Assembly: GCA_963664015.2 (NCBI GenBank)
Contig: CAXXLF010000002.1
Span: 352,001 to 416,000, forward strand
DNA length: 64,000 nt
Source of the DNA: Candidatus Binatia bacterium
GTDB taxonomy: Bacteria > Desulfobacterota > Binatia > UBA9968 > CAXXLF01
Reading direction: 5' to 3'
Below are positions 20,792 through 30,417 of this stretch, piece after piece. The position numbers and the translations under genes were made by a program. The notes beneath the pieces were generated by a model. The model saw only the letters and a list, made by a program, of their open reading frames with translations, had not been told where the DNA came from and ran no database searches. The stretch's first letter is position 1. The number at the start of each line of letters is the position of its first letter.

Positions 20792-21738
20792 TTACCGCTT
20801 CCATACGTCATCCATTCGGCCCCCCGCCAGCAACTCCTCTATACAATGCCCAAGGAGCTGGGCAAGCAGTTTTGCTGGCGGGAAAACGTAGGTTCGGTCT
20901 TTAGTGCGGCAAGAGTACTCACGAGGGAACGCGTATGCCGATCCTTTCCCTCCAATCGCAAAATTAACTTGTATTTCGGCGATAACGTCCCAGTAAAGTT
21001 GAGGGGTCTCCGTGTGCCTCCAAAACCTACGGATTTCACCTGTCACACCTATCTCTTGATTGGAAACGACGATTCGGTGCCCCATCGCGCTGAGCTCATC
21101 AGGCAGGGCCTCTGCGATTATTTTCGTGGCAACAGGCGAGTCAACCTGCGCTGCGGGTCCCAAGGTTTCAGCTCGAGGGGTGAGGGACAAGGCAAATACT
21201 TCACCTTGTACAATGTCAGTACCGTGTTTGATCCGTAGCTCGAGGTCGTGTGCAATGTCTTTCGCGGCCCTATCAAAAACCGTCTTCCAAGCCCAGATCG
21301 TAAAGAGTCCCCCGAAATACACGCTCCTCTGGTGATCCTCCGTAGCCATTCGGGATCCATCCCGAAAACTCCGTATCTCTCCTATGATGGTTAGGACCGC
21401 CCCCCCAAACCCGGCAACAACCATCGCCCGAAGGCATTACCTGGACGGTATTCGGTAAATTGCAGATCCAGCAAATAGTTGTTTGATCCCACTCCCGTGG
21501 ACAACGTCAGCCCCTTGTCGGTCAGGGCGGCTTGCATGGACTCCCGCAGCAGTAAGACCACATTTTGATCGAAGGTCTTACCGGTGACGTTGGTCACTTT
21601 GTCCAACATCAGGGTAGCGTTGGGTTGGGACGTAAACCTTTGACCATAGCGGAGGGTTCCCGTGGACGCGCTGCAGCCGGACAGGGAAACCCCCAGAATA
21701 GAAATGATGGCTATCCGATAAAAGTATGGATTAAACAT
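20792..21738 (-). pseudogene. DUF4410-like lipoprotein frameshifted at a G7 tract
   Basis: Lipobox LSGC, Y.PGNAF.RWLLPG.G; ORFs 21391-21738 and 20792-21424 join at tract 21400-21406. Confidence 0.65.
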
Positions 21739-21744
21739 TTACCT

Positions 21745-22154
21745 ATGCAATCCGAGTCAAAGGCAAATTGGGGGAACCTGGCGTTGAGTTGGTCAGACTC
21801 ATAAACGACATGCTCCAGGTGGTGGCGCTGCGCGCTGTCCATACTCCCTCGGACCACATCACTGGACGGGCTTCCAATCATCAGACCGCCGGTTTCGGTC
21901 AGGAGCCGCAGGCCGCTATCAACCTCGAGCCGTCCCCATAACTCGTACGCACGCAAGACTAGAGGCACATAAACCGGCCCCTCGAAATACGCCTGACGGA
22001 TCACTCGGGATTGCCCATGCCTCGCCCCCTGTTAATGAGGCGGGTGAAACCGATTGATCCCGACAACCCTTGTAGCAGCCCGGGCCAGGTGACAAACCGC
22101 AGCACTTCCCAACCCTCCCAACTCGACTACGACAGCGTCGCAGGTCTCAGTCAT
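21745..22154 (-). pseudogene. N-methyl-L-tryptophan/sarcosine oxidase (SolA-like) 5' remnant
   Basis: ELGGLGSAA..HPPH* then frameshift to HGQSRVIRQAYFEGPVYVPLVLRAYELW; truncated after about 135 codons. Confidence 0.85.
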
Positions 22155-22182
22155 CTTGCCTCCGTTAGCCGTTTAATCGCCG

Positions 22183-22665
22183 TCACCAGCAACGACAGGC
22201 CCTGGCCGCATCGGTCCGATGGGGTATATGAATGAAACCAAATCGAGCATGGGAACGGCGTCGGGTCAAGAAATCCAGAATAACGTACATAGAATAGTTA
22301 CAGACATACTGGCCGGCATCGCTGGAAGATCGGGCCTTCCCACCGACAACCAGCCTCAGGCCGGTCATTAACCTCTGCGATCCACGAGGGATAATCCGCC
22401 GCGGCTTACCCTGTTTACGGTCGCGTCTCCCATTGACAGCCCGGGTCTCGATTCTTAGTCGATTTCCTCCAGAGCACTGCCCCAATCCGAGGACAATATC
22501 CGGATTGGTATCCTTGACGGCTTTGATGAATTTATTTCGGTGAAATTTCACCGGGAAAACGATTTTTTTGGGCCGGCGACGGTTCAGTAGGCCGCGCACA
22601 ACCCGCTCCGTTACGTTATTCTTGAATTCGCCGTAAGGTCCAAACCCATAGACAATGATGCGCAT
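22183..22665 (-). CDS. Pyroglutamyl-peptidase I family protein
   Basis: GFGPY, LGLG, IETRAVN (Glu), AGQYVCN (Cys), GFIHIP (His); extreme C-terminus possibly frameshifted. Confidence 0.85.
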   Translation of the reverse strand: MRIIVYGFGPYGEFKNNVTERVVRGLLNRRRPKKIVFPVKFHRNKFIKAVKDTNPDIVLGLGQCSGGNRLRIETRAVNGRRDRKQGKPRRIIPRGSQRLMTGLRLVVGGKARSSSDAGQYVCNYSMYVILDFLTRRRSHARFGFIHIPHRTDAARACRCW

Positions 22666-22771
22666 GGATTCTCCCACCGTTTTCAATTCGGCCCATGGGA
22701 ACCACCGATCATCGATTTTTTACCATACCAAAGATCATTCGGCCCCGACACCCACGGCATAATCAGGTTTG

Positions 22772-22800
22772 TTGACACCACATCATGTTCCCGCTATTTT
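22772..22800 (+). promoter_or_regulatory. Putative sigma70 promoter for the UbiD-family gene
   Basis: TTGACA-N17-TATTTT, then AGGAG SD. Confidence 0.45.
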
Positions 22801-22824
22801 CTCATCACATAGGAGATCAAGCTA

Positions 22825-24249
22825 ATGCCGTATGAATCGCTGGGCGAATTTATCAAGGCGGCGGATGCCGTGGGCGAAGTAAGAACCGTAGAGGGCGCCG
22901 ACCTGGAGCTGGATGTGGGCTGCTTGACGGAGCTAATGGCCGAGCGAGACGGCCCCATGCTCCTTTTTGATAAGTTTCGCGACTTTCCTCCCGGCTACCG
23001 CGTCGCCTCCAATGCCGTCCGCTCCATTCGTCGCTTTGCCCTCGCGTTGGATATGCCGGTCCACATCCATCCGCTGGAGTTGCTCCGCCTGTGGCGCGAC
23101 AAACGCAAAGAAGCTATGGCTGTCCCCATCAAACCGGTGAAGGATGGGCCAATCATGGAGTACGTACAGCAAGCCGATGAGGTAGACATCCAACACTTTC
23201 CCGTCCCCCTATGGCACATGGGAGACGGCGGCCGCTACATCGGGACTCAGGACATGGTTATCACTCGAGACCCGGAGCAGAATTGGGTTAATATGGGCGT
23301 CTACCGCGGAATGATTCAGGACCGCGATCGAATCAGCCTCTGGATCAATCCCATGAAACACGGAAGGATCATTGTCGAGCGCTATTGGAACGCTGGAAAA
23401 TCCGCCCCGGTGGCAGTTGTCCTGGGTTGTGAACCTGTGACATGGATGACCGCATCCATGTCACCTCCTTTTGGTTCTTCCGAGTACGAACTTGCAGGGG
23501 CGTATCGCGGCCGACCCGTAGAAATTGTCCACCTGCCCCTTACCGGGTTACCGGTCCCCAGCGGCGCGGAGATCGTCATCGAGGGAGTCATCCCTCCCAT
23601 CACGGAAGAAAGCGCTAACGAAGGTCCATTTGGCGAGTGGCCCGGTTATTATACCCACCAGGGCCCCGAGTGCGTGGTTCGAATCCAGCGAATCTACCAT
23701 CGTCAAAACCCGATTCTGGCCGGGGCGCCCCCCCTTCGACCTATCGGTTGGAGCAATATCACGACCTATGTCCACCTAATGGACCATTTGGAACGCTCCG
23801 GGATCACCGATGTCACAGGCGTCTGGGGCTTCAATAATGGACTGCTGACCGTCATTTCGCTGCGTCAACGTTACGCCGGTCATGCCAAACAGGCTCTAGT
23901 CACGGCGGCCGGTTTTCGTCACGGCGATATGAAGTGCTACTACGTTGCTGTAGACGAAGATATCGACCCGACGAATCTCCAAGAGGTTCTATGGGCGATG
24001 TGTACCCGCGTGGATCCCGCAACGGCCGTCGATATTATTCACGACACATGGACCGGAGGATTGGATCCACGATTGTCACCGGCTAAAAGGGCCGACGGTG
24101 ACCTGACCATAGGCCGCATGCTAATCAACGCATGTCGACCCTACAGCTGGCGGGACCGTTTTCCCAAAACTAACGTATTCTCGGCCTCCGATCGTAAGCG
24201 CGTAGAGGAGAAATGGCGTGACCTCCTAGAGGGTCTGAACAAAAGCTAG
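22825..24249 (+). CDS. UbiD family prFMN-dependent decarboxylase
   Basis: DGGRYIGT, NMGVYR, EIVIEG, EGPFGEWPGYY, VDEDID. Confidence 0.93.
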   Translation: MPYESLGEFIKAADAVGEVRTVEGADLELDVGCLTELMAERDGPMLLFDKFRDFPPGYRVASNAVRSIRRFALALDMPVHIHPLELLRLWRDKRKEAMAVPIKPVKDGPIMEYVQQADEVDIQHFPVPLWHMGDGGRYIGTQDMVITRDPEQNWVNMGVYRGMIQDRDRISLWINPMKHGRIIVERYWNAGKSAPVAVVLGCEPVTWMTASMSPPFGSSEYELAGAYRGRPVEIVHLPLTGLPVPSGAEIVIEGVIPPITEESANEGPFGEWPGYYTHQGPECVVRIQRIYHRQNPILAGAPPLRPIGWSNITTYVHLMDHLERSGITDVTGVWGFNNGLLTVISLRQRYAGHAKQALVTAAGFRHGDMKCYYVAVDEDIDPTNLQEVLWAMCTRVDPATAVDIIHDTWTGGLDPRLSPAKRADGDLTIGRMLINACRPYSWRDRFPKTNVFSASDRKRVEEKWRDLLEGLNKS

Positions 24250-24285
24250 ATAAGTTCTGATTCAGTCAATCTATTTTGACGAACT

Positions 24286-24468
24286 TTACCCTTTCCCATC
24301 GTTCATCAGACAGTGTTTGGTGAAATCTAGAGCCTCATTGGTCGACCAGTCACCCTTGGGCTTTTTTTTCATATTTTCACACCATTCCTTGCTCCCCACC
24401 TTTGGCGCGCATGCAGCCATTAGTGACAATATAAATATCAGACAGAAGTATCTTACGACTCGGATCAT
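24286..24468 (-). CDS. DUF3012-like small lipoprotein
   Basis: MAACAPKVGSKEWC..MKKKPKGDWS.NEA..F.KHC. Confidence 0.85.
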   Translation of the reverse strand: MIRVVRYFCLIFILSLMAACAPKVGSKEWCENMKKKPKGDWSTNEALDFTKHCLMNDGKG

Positions 24469-24479
24469 GATTCCCTCCA

Positions 24480-25324
24480 ACGGCATCCGCATCTTTATAA
24501 CAGCCATCGGGATCCAGACTCAGGTTGAGCGGGTGATCGCTGGGGAAGTTGAGCCTGGAATTGACATCCCACACGGAAGCGCCAGGTGTTTCCGCCAATT
24601 CGATTGCGTGGTTCCAACCGTGGGGAGGGCGTGCCGCAAAATCCGCGATGATCACCGGCCGCTTGGCATCCGCCAGGATGTCAACCGCTTTATCCAGGGC
24701 CGCCGGATCCGGACTCATCGGTGCAGGCTGAAATGCGGAGCCCTCCATCGGCATTTCTACTTCTGAGTCAGCTCCGATTCCCGCATGCCGGCATCGTATC
24801 AGATGTAGATCGGCCTCTGGCGCGCGCTCATCATGACCGAGTAGGCACGAGCGAAGGCACCTGGCACCCCCTCCACTGTCGTGGGCTGATAGTCCCACTT
24901 GACAAAATTCCGGATCGCCTCGCCCTGTCCGTTCGTCGCATGGATCCAATCGATTAAAGGCCGACGCTTAGGTTCCGCCATGGGACCCGTGGCACCGATA
25001 ATAAAGACCGGGGCAGGATCCAAATACGCGTAATAGACGCCCATAGGAGCGTGAAGAAGACCGACCAGGTCGTGCACGATAGCAATCATGGGCCTACCCG
25101 TATGCGATTTGGACCGCAATCTTTTCATGCTGGCAATGTATCATCTGGGGATCATTCTCGCCGTAAATGACCAGAGAATCGTGCAGCCCCCGGTAGCTGG
25201 CGCCCGGGTTAAGTGCGATATACTCGAACCCGTACATTTTTATCATGTCGACAATGACATCGGACTGCTATCGCCGACCAGATTTATTGATTTCGTTCTT
25301 TTCATTTACCGCTGACTTAGCCAT
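24480..25324 (-). pseudogene. ThDP-binding protein, disrupted and 3' truncated
   Basis: AAGGAGG SD; YIALNPGASYRGLHDSL, CQHE..AV, VHDLVGLLH, VKWDYQP; stops and frameshifts; ends at YKDADAV. Confidence 0.85.
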
Positions 25325-25403
25325 AGGGCATCCTCCTTTTACCGTCTATACGGTTTGGGTTTCCCTATCGTCATCCTCATCGTATTACAAGCCCCCTGGG
25401 CCT

Positions 25404-25697
25404 TTACCCTGAACGCTCACATAGTCCACTATAGGATCCATAGACCTTGGGATCGCCGCAGGCCAAACAGGCCTTCCCGTAGGTCTTCCACTCAGTCGAA
25501 TCGCATAGCGTGGTCACACAACGAACACCCGTATCCCGTTGGCCGCATACGGGATTGTACTCACGGGTGCAGATCTGAGGCCTCGGTTCAGTGCACGCAG
25601 TGATATTCCGGTCGTGCTCCACCATCCCAGAATCAAGCGTCCGTATGCATCCCGCCATCGTAATGAGAAAAGGGATGGGGACCAGAAACATCTTCAT
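25404..25697 (-). CDS. Small Cys-rich lipoprotein (Kazal-like motif)
   Basis: Lipobox MAGC; CTEPRPQICTREYNPVCG..TY..AC.AC. Confidence 0.8.
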   Translation of the reverse strand: MKMFLVPIPFLITMAGCIRTLDSGMVEHDRNITACTEPRPQICTREYNPVCGQRDTGVRCVTTLCDSTEWKTYGKACLACGDPKVYGSYSGLCERSG

Positions 25698-25750
25698 GGA
25701 TATTTCAACTCCCGGATAGAGTTTCAATTCCCAAAGACTCGGAATCATTT

Positions 25751-26389
25751 TTACTGAAAAACTTCTTGAATCGCCGGCCGGGCCCGTACACGCTCGATCC
25801 AGGAGCCCAGGTTGGGCCGGTTCTCGGTAACACTGAAGTCCAGTCTGTCGGTAGTGCCCAAAAGGGGAGGCACCATCGCAACATCAGCGAGCGTAAACAC
25901 TCTACGGCCGGGGCCGGCTACGTAATCGCGCCCCTGCAAACGCTTCTCCAGATAGTTGAGTTCTTCTTCCAGGGCTTTGCGATGTTCCCGTTCTGCGGCG
26001 GTATCGACACTGGCAGGATCTCGTGGCTCAGGACCATCCCGGGTAAACTCGAACCGATCGCGAACGACCCCTAAAAGGGATGCAAAAAGATGGCAGTCGG
26101 CGAAGTCTTCCCAGAGACGCACCAGGGCTTGACCCTCGGGATCACCGGGGCGAAGAGAAGACGACCGATAGGCATCTTCCAGATATTCATTGATGATCGT
26201 GGACTCGTAGAGGCAAGTGCCCGAGTCAAGCTCCAGGATCGGTACCTTCTTATAGGGGTTCATCATTGGGTAACGCGAATCGTCATGACGATTGTCATAT
26301 TCAATCCAATCGTAGGAAACCCTCTTCTCGCTAAGCACAATACGAACCTTGCGTGTATAAGGGGAACGTGTAAACCCGTAAAGTTTCAT
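25751..26389 (-). CDS. Glutathione S-transferase family protein
   Basis: SPYTRKVR, NPYKKVPIL, ESTIINEYL, FTLADV. Confidence 0.92.
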   Translation of the reverse strand: MKLYGFTRSPYTRKVRIVLSEKRVSYDWIEYDNRHDDSRYPMMNPYKKVPILELDSGTCLYESTIINEYLEDAYRSSSLRPGDPEGQALVRLWEDFADCHLFASLLGVVRDRFEFTRDGPEPRDPASVDTAAEREHRKALEEELNYLEKRLQGRDYVAGPGRRVFTLADVAMVPPLLGTTDRLDFSVTENRPNLGSWIERVRARPAIQEVFQ

Positions 26390-26555
26390 GCCCTATCCTC
26401 CTAATTTAGTCATTATCCGGTTCTAACCGCATCGATTTTTATCATGGCTCGTGTTCTGATTCCACGATTTCGACTGTAATTGCAGAGCCCGTTTCCACTG
26501 ATATCATATTCCCATTCAGACCATGTATTACACCAAGGACTCATACCAATTGGCA

Positions 26556-26584
26556 TTGACATATGGAGGGGTTTAAACTACCGT
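26556..26584 (+). promoter_or_regulatory. Putative sigma70 promoter
   Basis: TTGACA-N17-TACCGT upstream of AAGGAGG SD. Confidence 0.35.
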
Positions 26585-26627
26585 ACTGCAAAGGAATCGC
26601 TCTCGCCTGCCAAAGGAGGTAGACGCC

Positions 26628-27737
26628 ATGCCATTACCAAGTAAGCTCCCGATTATCGATGCCGACGCCCATGTTATCGAGACTGAACGCACCTGGGACT
26701 ATCTAGAGCCATCGGAGCAGAAATTTAGGCCACTGCTCTACGCCTGCCCTGACCAACCGGGCCAGCAATACTGGGTAGTCGACGGTAAGATCCGGGGTTT
26801 TCGCTTCCGAACCCTATCGGAACAGCAGCTTCGGGATTTTTCTGACGTTTCGGGCAGGAATATGCAAACGCCTCAGGCTGCCCGCGAGCTGGACGACGTA
26901 GACCTTCGGCTCAAGCATATGGACTCGTTGGATATTGACGTTCAGGTGATGCACAACACCTATTGGATCGAGCAGGTTTCGGAACGACCGGAGATTGAAA
27001 CTGCGCTGTGTCGGAGCTGGAATCGCTGGATGGGGGATATTTGGCGTAAGAGCAACAATCGGCTCCGCTGGTCCTGCGTTACACCTGTCTTGGCCATGAA
27101 TGAAGCCATCGCAGAGGTCAAAACAGCAAAAGAAAACGGTGCAGTGGCAGTCTGCTTACGACCATTGGAGGGGAACCGTCATCTAACGGACCCCTACTAT
27201 TACCCCTTATACGAAACTGCATCGAATCTGGATCTGCCCATTGCCGTCCACATTGCTAACGGCAACCCGGCAAATTGCGATCTTTACCGAAATCCTCCGG
27301 TCAGCCGATTCGCCACCTTCCGGCAACCAACAGTAACCTCCTGCCTGGATGTGCTCTTGAGTGAGATACCCAGCGTATTTCCCAAGCTTCGCTGGGGATA
27401 TATCGAGACATCCGCTCAATGGGTGCCATGGATCTATAATGAAGTGATGCTTCGAACCAAGACATCGGGGCGAAAGTTACCGGAAGACGTATTTGGTGAA
27501 TATAACATCTTCGTAACCTGCCAGACCAATGATGATGTCCCCTACATCCTCCGTTATTCGGGCAAACACTGTCTGGTCATCGGGACCGACTACGGACATA
27601 CGGACCCGTCCAGTGAGATGGATGCCATTATCGAATTCCAGCGGCAGGAAGGGGTAAGCCCGGAGGACAAGGAACGGATTCTATCCCTCAATCCGAGCAA
27701 GCTATACGGACTTGCTACGACCAACGGTCAGAACTAA
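26628..27737 (+). CDS. Amidohydrolase-2 family protein
   Basis: DADAHV, IAVH, FPKLRWGYIE, GTDYGH. Confidence 0.92.
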   Translation: MPLPSKLPIIDADAHVIETERTWDYLEPSEQKFRPLLYACPDQPGQQYWVVDGKIRGFRFRTLSEQQLRDFSDVSGRNMQTPQAARELDDVDLRLKHMDSLDIDVQVMHNTYWIEQVSERPEIETALCRSWNRWMGDIWRKSNNRLRWSCVTPVLAMNEAIAEVKTAKENGAVAVCLRPLEGNRHLTDPYYYPLYETASNLDLPIAVHIANGNPANCDLYRNPPVSRFATFRQPTVTSCLDVLLSEIPSVFPKLRWGYIETSAQWVPWIYNEVMLRTKTSGRKLPEDVFGEYNIFVTCQTNDDVPYILRYSGKHCLVIGTDYGHTDPSSEMDAIIEFQRQEGVSPEDKERILSLNPSKLYGLATTNGQN

Positions 27738-27817
27738 GGGATTAGATGGTGCACGCCGATCACCTTGAGGGCGGCTCCTAGTGCGAGATGAAAGGGCGGA
27801 AGAGGCATAGGAGATTA

Positions 27818-28063
27818 TCACCCGTGACTTTCGTCCCTCAAACTGCGCAGTATCCCATAACCGGCAATTGCGGAAAGGATTGCCCCCACCGTCCAAACAA
27901 GACGCTTCCCCTGTGTATCGACATTGATCCCGAAGAACTCAAGCTCCACCGATACCAGCCCTGTTACCGTCAAGATATCCGGTAGTATCATGAACCCCCC
28001 AAAGCCTAAAAGTATCGCTCCCAGTCCTCGCAAACAATTTTTAACAATACCATCTCGTTCCAT
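27818..28063 (-). CDS. Small membrane protein (cassette-like)
   Basis: 81 aa, two hydrophobic helices. Confidence 0.55.
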   Translation of the reverse strand: MERDGIVKNCLRGLGAILLGFGGFMILPDILTVTGLVSVELEFFGINVDTQGKRLVWTVGAILSAIAGYGILRSLRDESHG

Positions 28064-28074
28064 TAAAATCAGAA

Positions 28075-28410
28075 TCAGCCATTCTGTCCTTTATTCAACT
28101 TGATTGCCGGTCGGGACACGCTAGCCCGATGCCACCAGACTAAAATGCCCCGAAGCAACCCTGAAATGACGATAACAATCAGCACAGGCCAGATCAGAAC
28201 CAGGTCCAACCGGATATCCCAGTTATTCGGCATAGCATACTCATACGCAGCGTAAACAACGATCCCAAGCAACGGCAATACCAGCGTCCAACGATTCTTC
28301 CCAGATTTCATCGTCCAGGGAAAAAGGGATAGGAGGGCCAAAGCCCCTATAGCGAAAAGGCAGGCGTTCAGGATCCGATTGAGGAACGGGTCATTCACAT
28401 CGATGATCAT
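28075..28410 (-). CDS. Small membrane protein (cassette-like)
   Basis: Three TM helices, YEY..P..DIRLDL.LI.P motif; ATG about 19 bp after a GTTAGCT core. Confidence 0.7.
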   Translation of the reverse strand: MIIDVNDPFLNRILNACLFAIGALALLSLFPWTMKSGKNRWTLVLPLLGIVVYAAYEYAMPNNWDIRLDLVLIWPVLIVIVISGLLRGILVWWHRASVSRPAIKLNKGQNG

Positions 28411-28750
28411 TGACGACTCTCGTACTACAGCTAACGATACCAATCATCCGTTACGACCCTAGCTCCCACAAGCATTTGGTTTTTTACGGGCAAAATACCG
28501 CTCTGGATTGTGATATGGGGCACCCCCGCATATTTTATCGCACTATATAAGAGCCATCCGGCCTTGAAACTCACTAAACCTGAGCCGATTAAGCCGGTTA
28601 AATAGGTGAAGTAATTACCTTTCCTGCCCGCAAAGGAGCCCGCTGAACCGCTGAGATAATACACCATCACGTTGGGGTATCTTGTTGGGCCGCACGACAC
28701 AAAATGAAATGTGACCCAACAATCGCTGCAATTAGGAGGATTTGGAATAC

Positions 28751-28987
28751 TCAGAATTCATACAATTTCACGAGAAACGCCGCATGGAGCAAGGCAATGA
28801 TCAAACCCATGAGAAATAGTTTGAATTTTGCTGAGCGAATAAGAATGTCACGCCAAGAGATACCCCCTTGATTATAACCTTCTCGAATCTTGGGTGCCGA
28901 GAAAAACACGATCAGCAGTATGGTACCGACTGTAATAATAGGAATAGACCCGACGGCAAACGACAATATATCCTGAGCGTAGTGCAA
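28751..28987 (-). CDS. Small membrane protein (cassette-like); start uncertain
   Basis: Two hydrophobic helices. Confidence 0.45.
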   Translation of the reverse strand: MHYAQDILSFAVGSIPIITVGTILLIVFFSAPKIREGYNQGGISWRDILIRSAKFKLFLMGLIIALLHAAFLVKLYEF

Positions 28988-28989
28988 CT

Positions 28990-29125
28990 ACCTTGGTAAG
29001 CCTGGTCATTCCAAGGACGCCTACGACAGCAAAAGGGATGTTGATGGTAACGTTCCAGAAGTTCGGTATTCCGAACAATGCCCTATCATCCGCAAATTAG
29101 TAGTACATAAGGGTCTTGAGGGATC
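28990..29125 (-). pseudogene. Alkaline ceramidase-like membrane protein remnant
   Basis: PQDP..FADDRALFGIPNFWNV..NIPF.VVG motif, frameshifted and truncated. Confidence 0.7.
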
Positions 29126-29307
29126 CGTGGTACAAATAGCGAACCAATCACCCCTACCGCTGCAACTATCAGAACCACCCACACTCTCCATCCCTCACCG
29201 AAGCTCATTTCGTGTTTCCTTGGACCTTCAGGGCAAACAGTTAAGCTCAGCCGCCCTGAGGCCGTCCAAGGGACTGGGGAAAAGGCAGTGTCTTGACCAT
29301 GGGAATG

Positions 29308-30201
29308 CTATTTACAAACATAAGGCCAGATGCGTTTGGTGCTGGCCGGAATGACCGTTCCATCAGCTTTCATGTATGGCACAAGAACCTGTTCTTGACT
29401 GCTGGGCAACATAACCAGGGCTTGTGAGTCATAAGGCGGATCAAGGCGATAAAACGCATTCGGGTCCATGAAGTACCCGTTCTTTGGCATTACGACTCGC
29501 CCGTCATTCGACCACTCGGGGGACTCGCTATATAGAATTGCAAAATGCAAGGCATCTCGGCGCACCCTTCTACCCATCTTACCGGAATTCGCTGTATTCC
29601 CGATCACGGCCCCCATCTTGACCTTCGCACCGATAGGGAGCGGGGACATTTCTCGAAGGTGGGTGTATTGGGAGTACGTCCAAAAAGGCAGACCTGTCTG
29701 ATCCGGGATATGACGGAGCATGATTTCGACGCCCTTTCTGTTACCAATATTCTGAAACTTTCCAACGACCTGACCATCTGCAATCGCTCTTATGGGTGCT
29801 CCTCTCCGCTGGGGGATGTCGATACCTTTGTGTAAAGCGGCGCGGCCACGCTTGAAACTATAATCGATTGCCCATTTTTCACTATCGATTTCCGGGCAGT
29901 CTCCTCCATCAATAAAATCAGGTACAAGATAGGTCTCGATGACCCCTCTGGCCTCCTGAATCGCGACATTCTCAGCAGCTCCTCTCCGTCTATCCTTACC
30001 CACCATCCTACGAACTTCACGACTAATTTGACTGGGCGGAATAAATCCATCCAACTCTTCGCAAGTTTCACATAATGAAGACAATCGCATCTTGTTGTGC
30101 GACCGCTGGGATTCCTTCAAACACCCAGCAGGCACCATCAACGAGACCATGGCTACGCCAATATAGGCTAACTTCCCCACCTTCTCCAATGAATGAAACA
30201 T
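29308..30201 (-). CDS. M23 family metallopeptidase (putative lipoprotein)
   Basis: HKGIDI (HxxxD), IRAIADG.V, YTHL, DALHF (HxH altered to AxH); VPAGC lipobox-like. Confidence 0.85.
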   Translation of the reverse strand: MFHSLEKVGKLAYIGVAMVSLMVPAGCLKESQRSHNKMRLSSLCETCEELDGFIPPSQISREVRRMVGKDRRRGAAENVAIQEARGVIETYLVPDFIDGGDCPEIDSEKWAIDYSFKRGRAALHKGIDIPQRRGAPIRAIADGQVVGKFQNIGNRKGVEIMLRHIPDQTGLPFWTYSQYTHLREMSPLPIGAKVKMGAVIGNTANSGKMGRRVRRDALHFAILYSESPEWSNDGRVVMPKNGYFMDPNAFYRLDPPYDSQALVMLPSSQEQVLVPYMKADGTVIPASTKRIWPYVCK

Positions 30202-30417
30202 AGTAAACACCAAGTAATTACGGACCCGTCGAAGCTCTATTGTCGCACCAATCGCGATTGCTCCAAGTGCCTAGAAAGCTTTCACAAGTACATATACTGC
30301 CATCGTAATAACTGACAGTGAGCCACATGTCTAACAGAACGCACGGACATCGTACCATTGAGCGGTGATATAAGCGACGAAATGCGCAGCCCGAGAAGCG
30401 GATCAATATTTGGCCAA

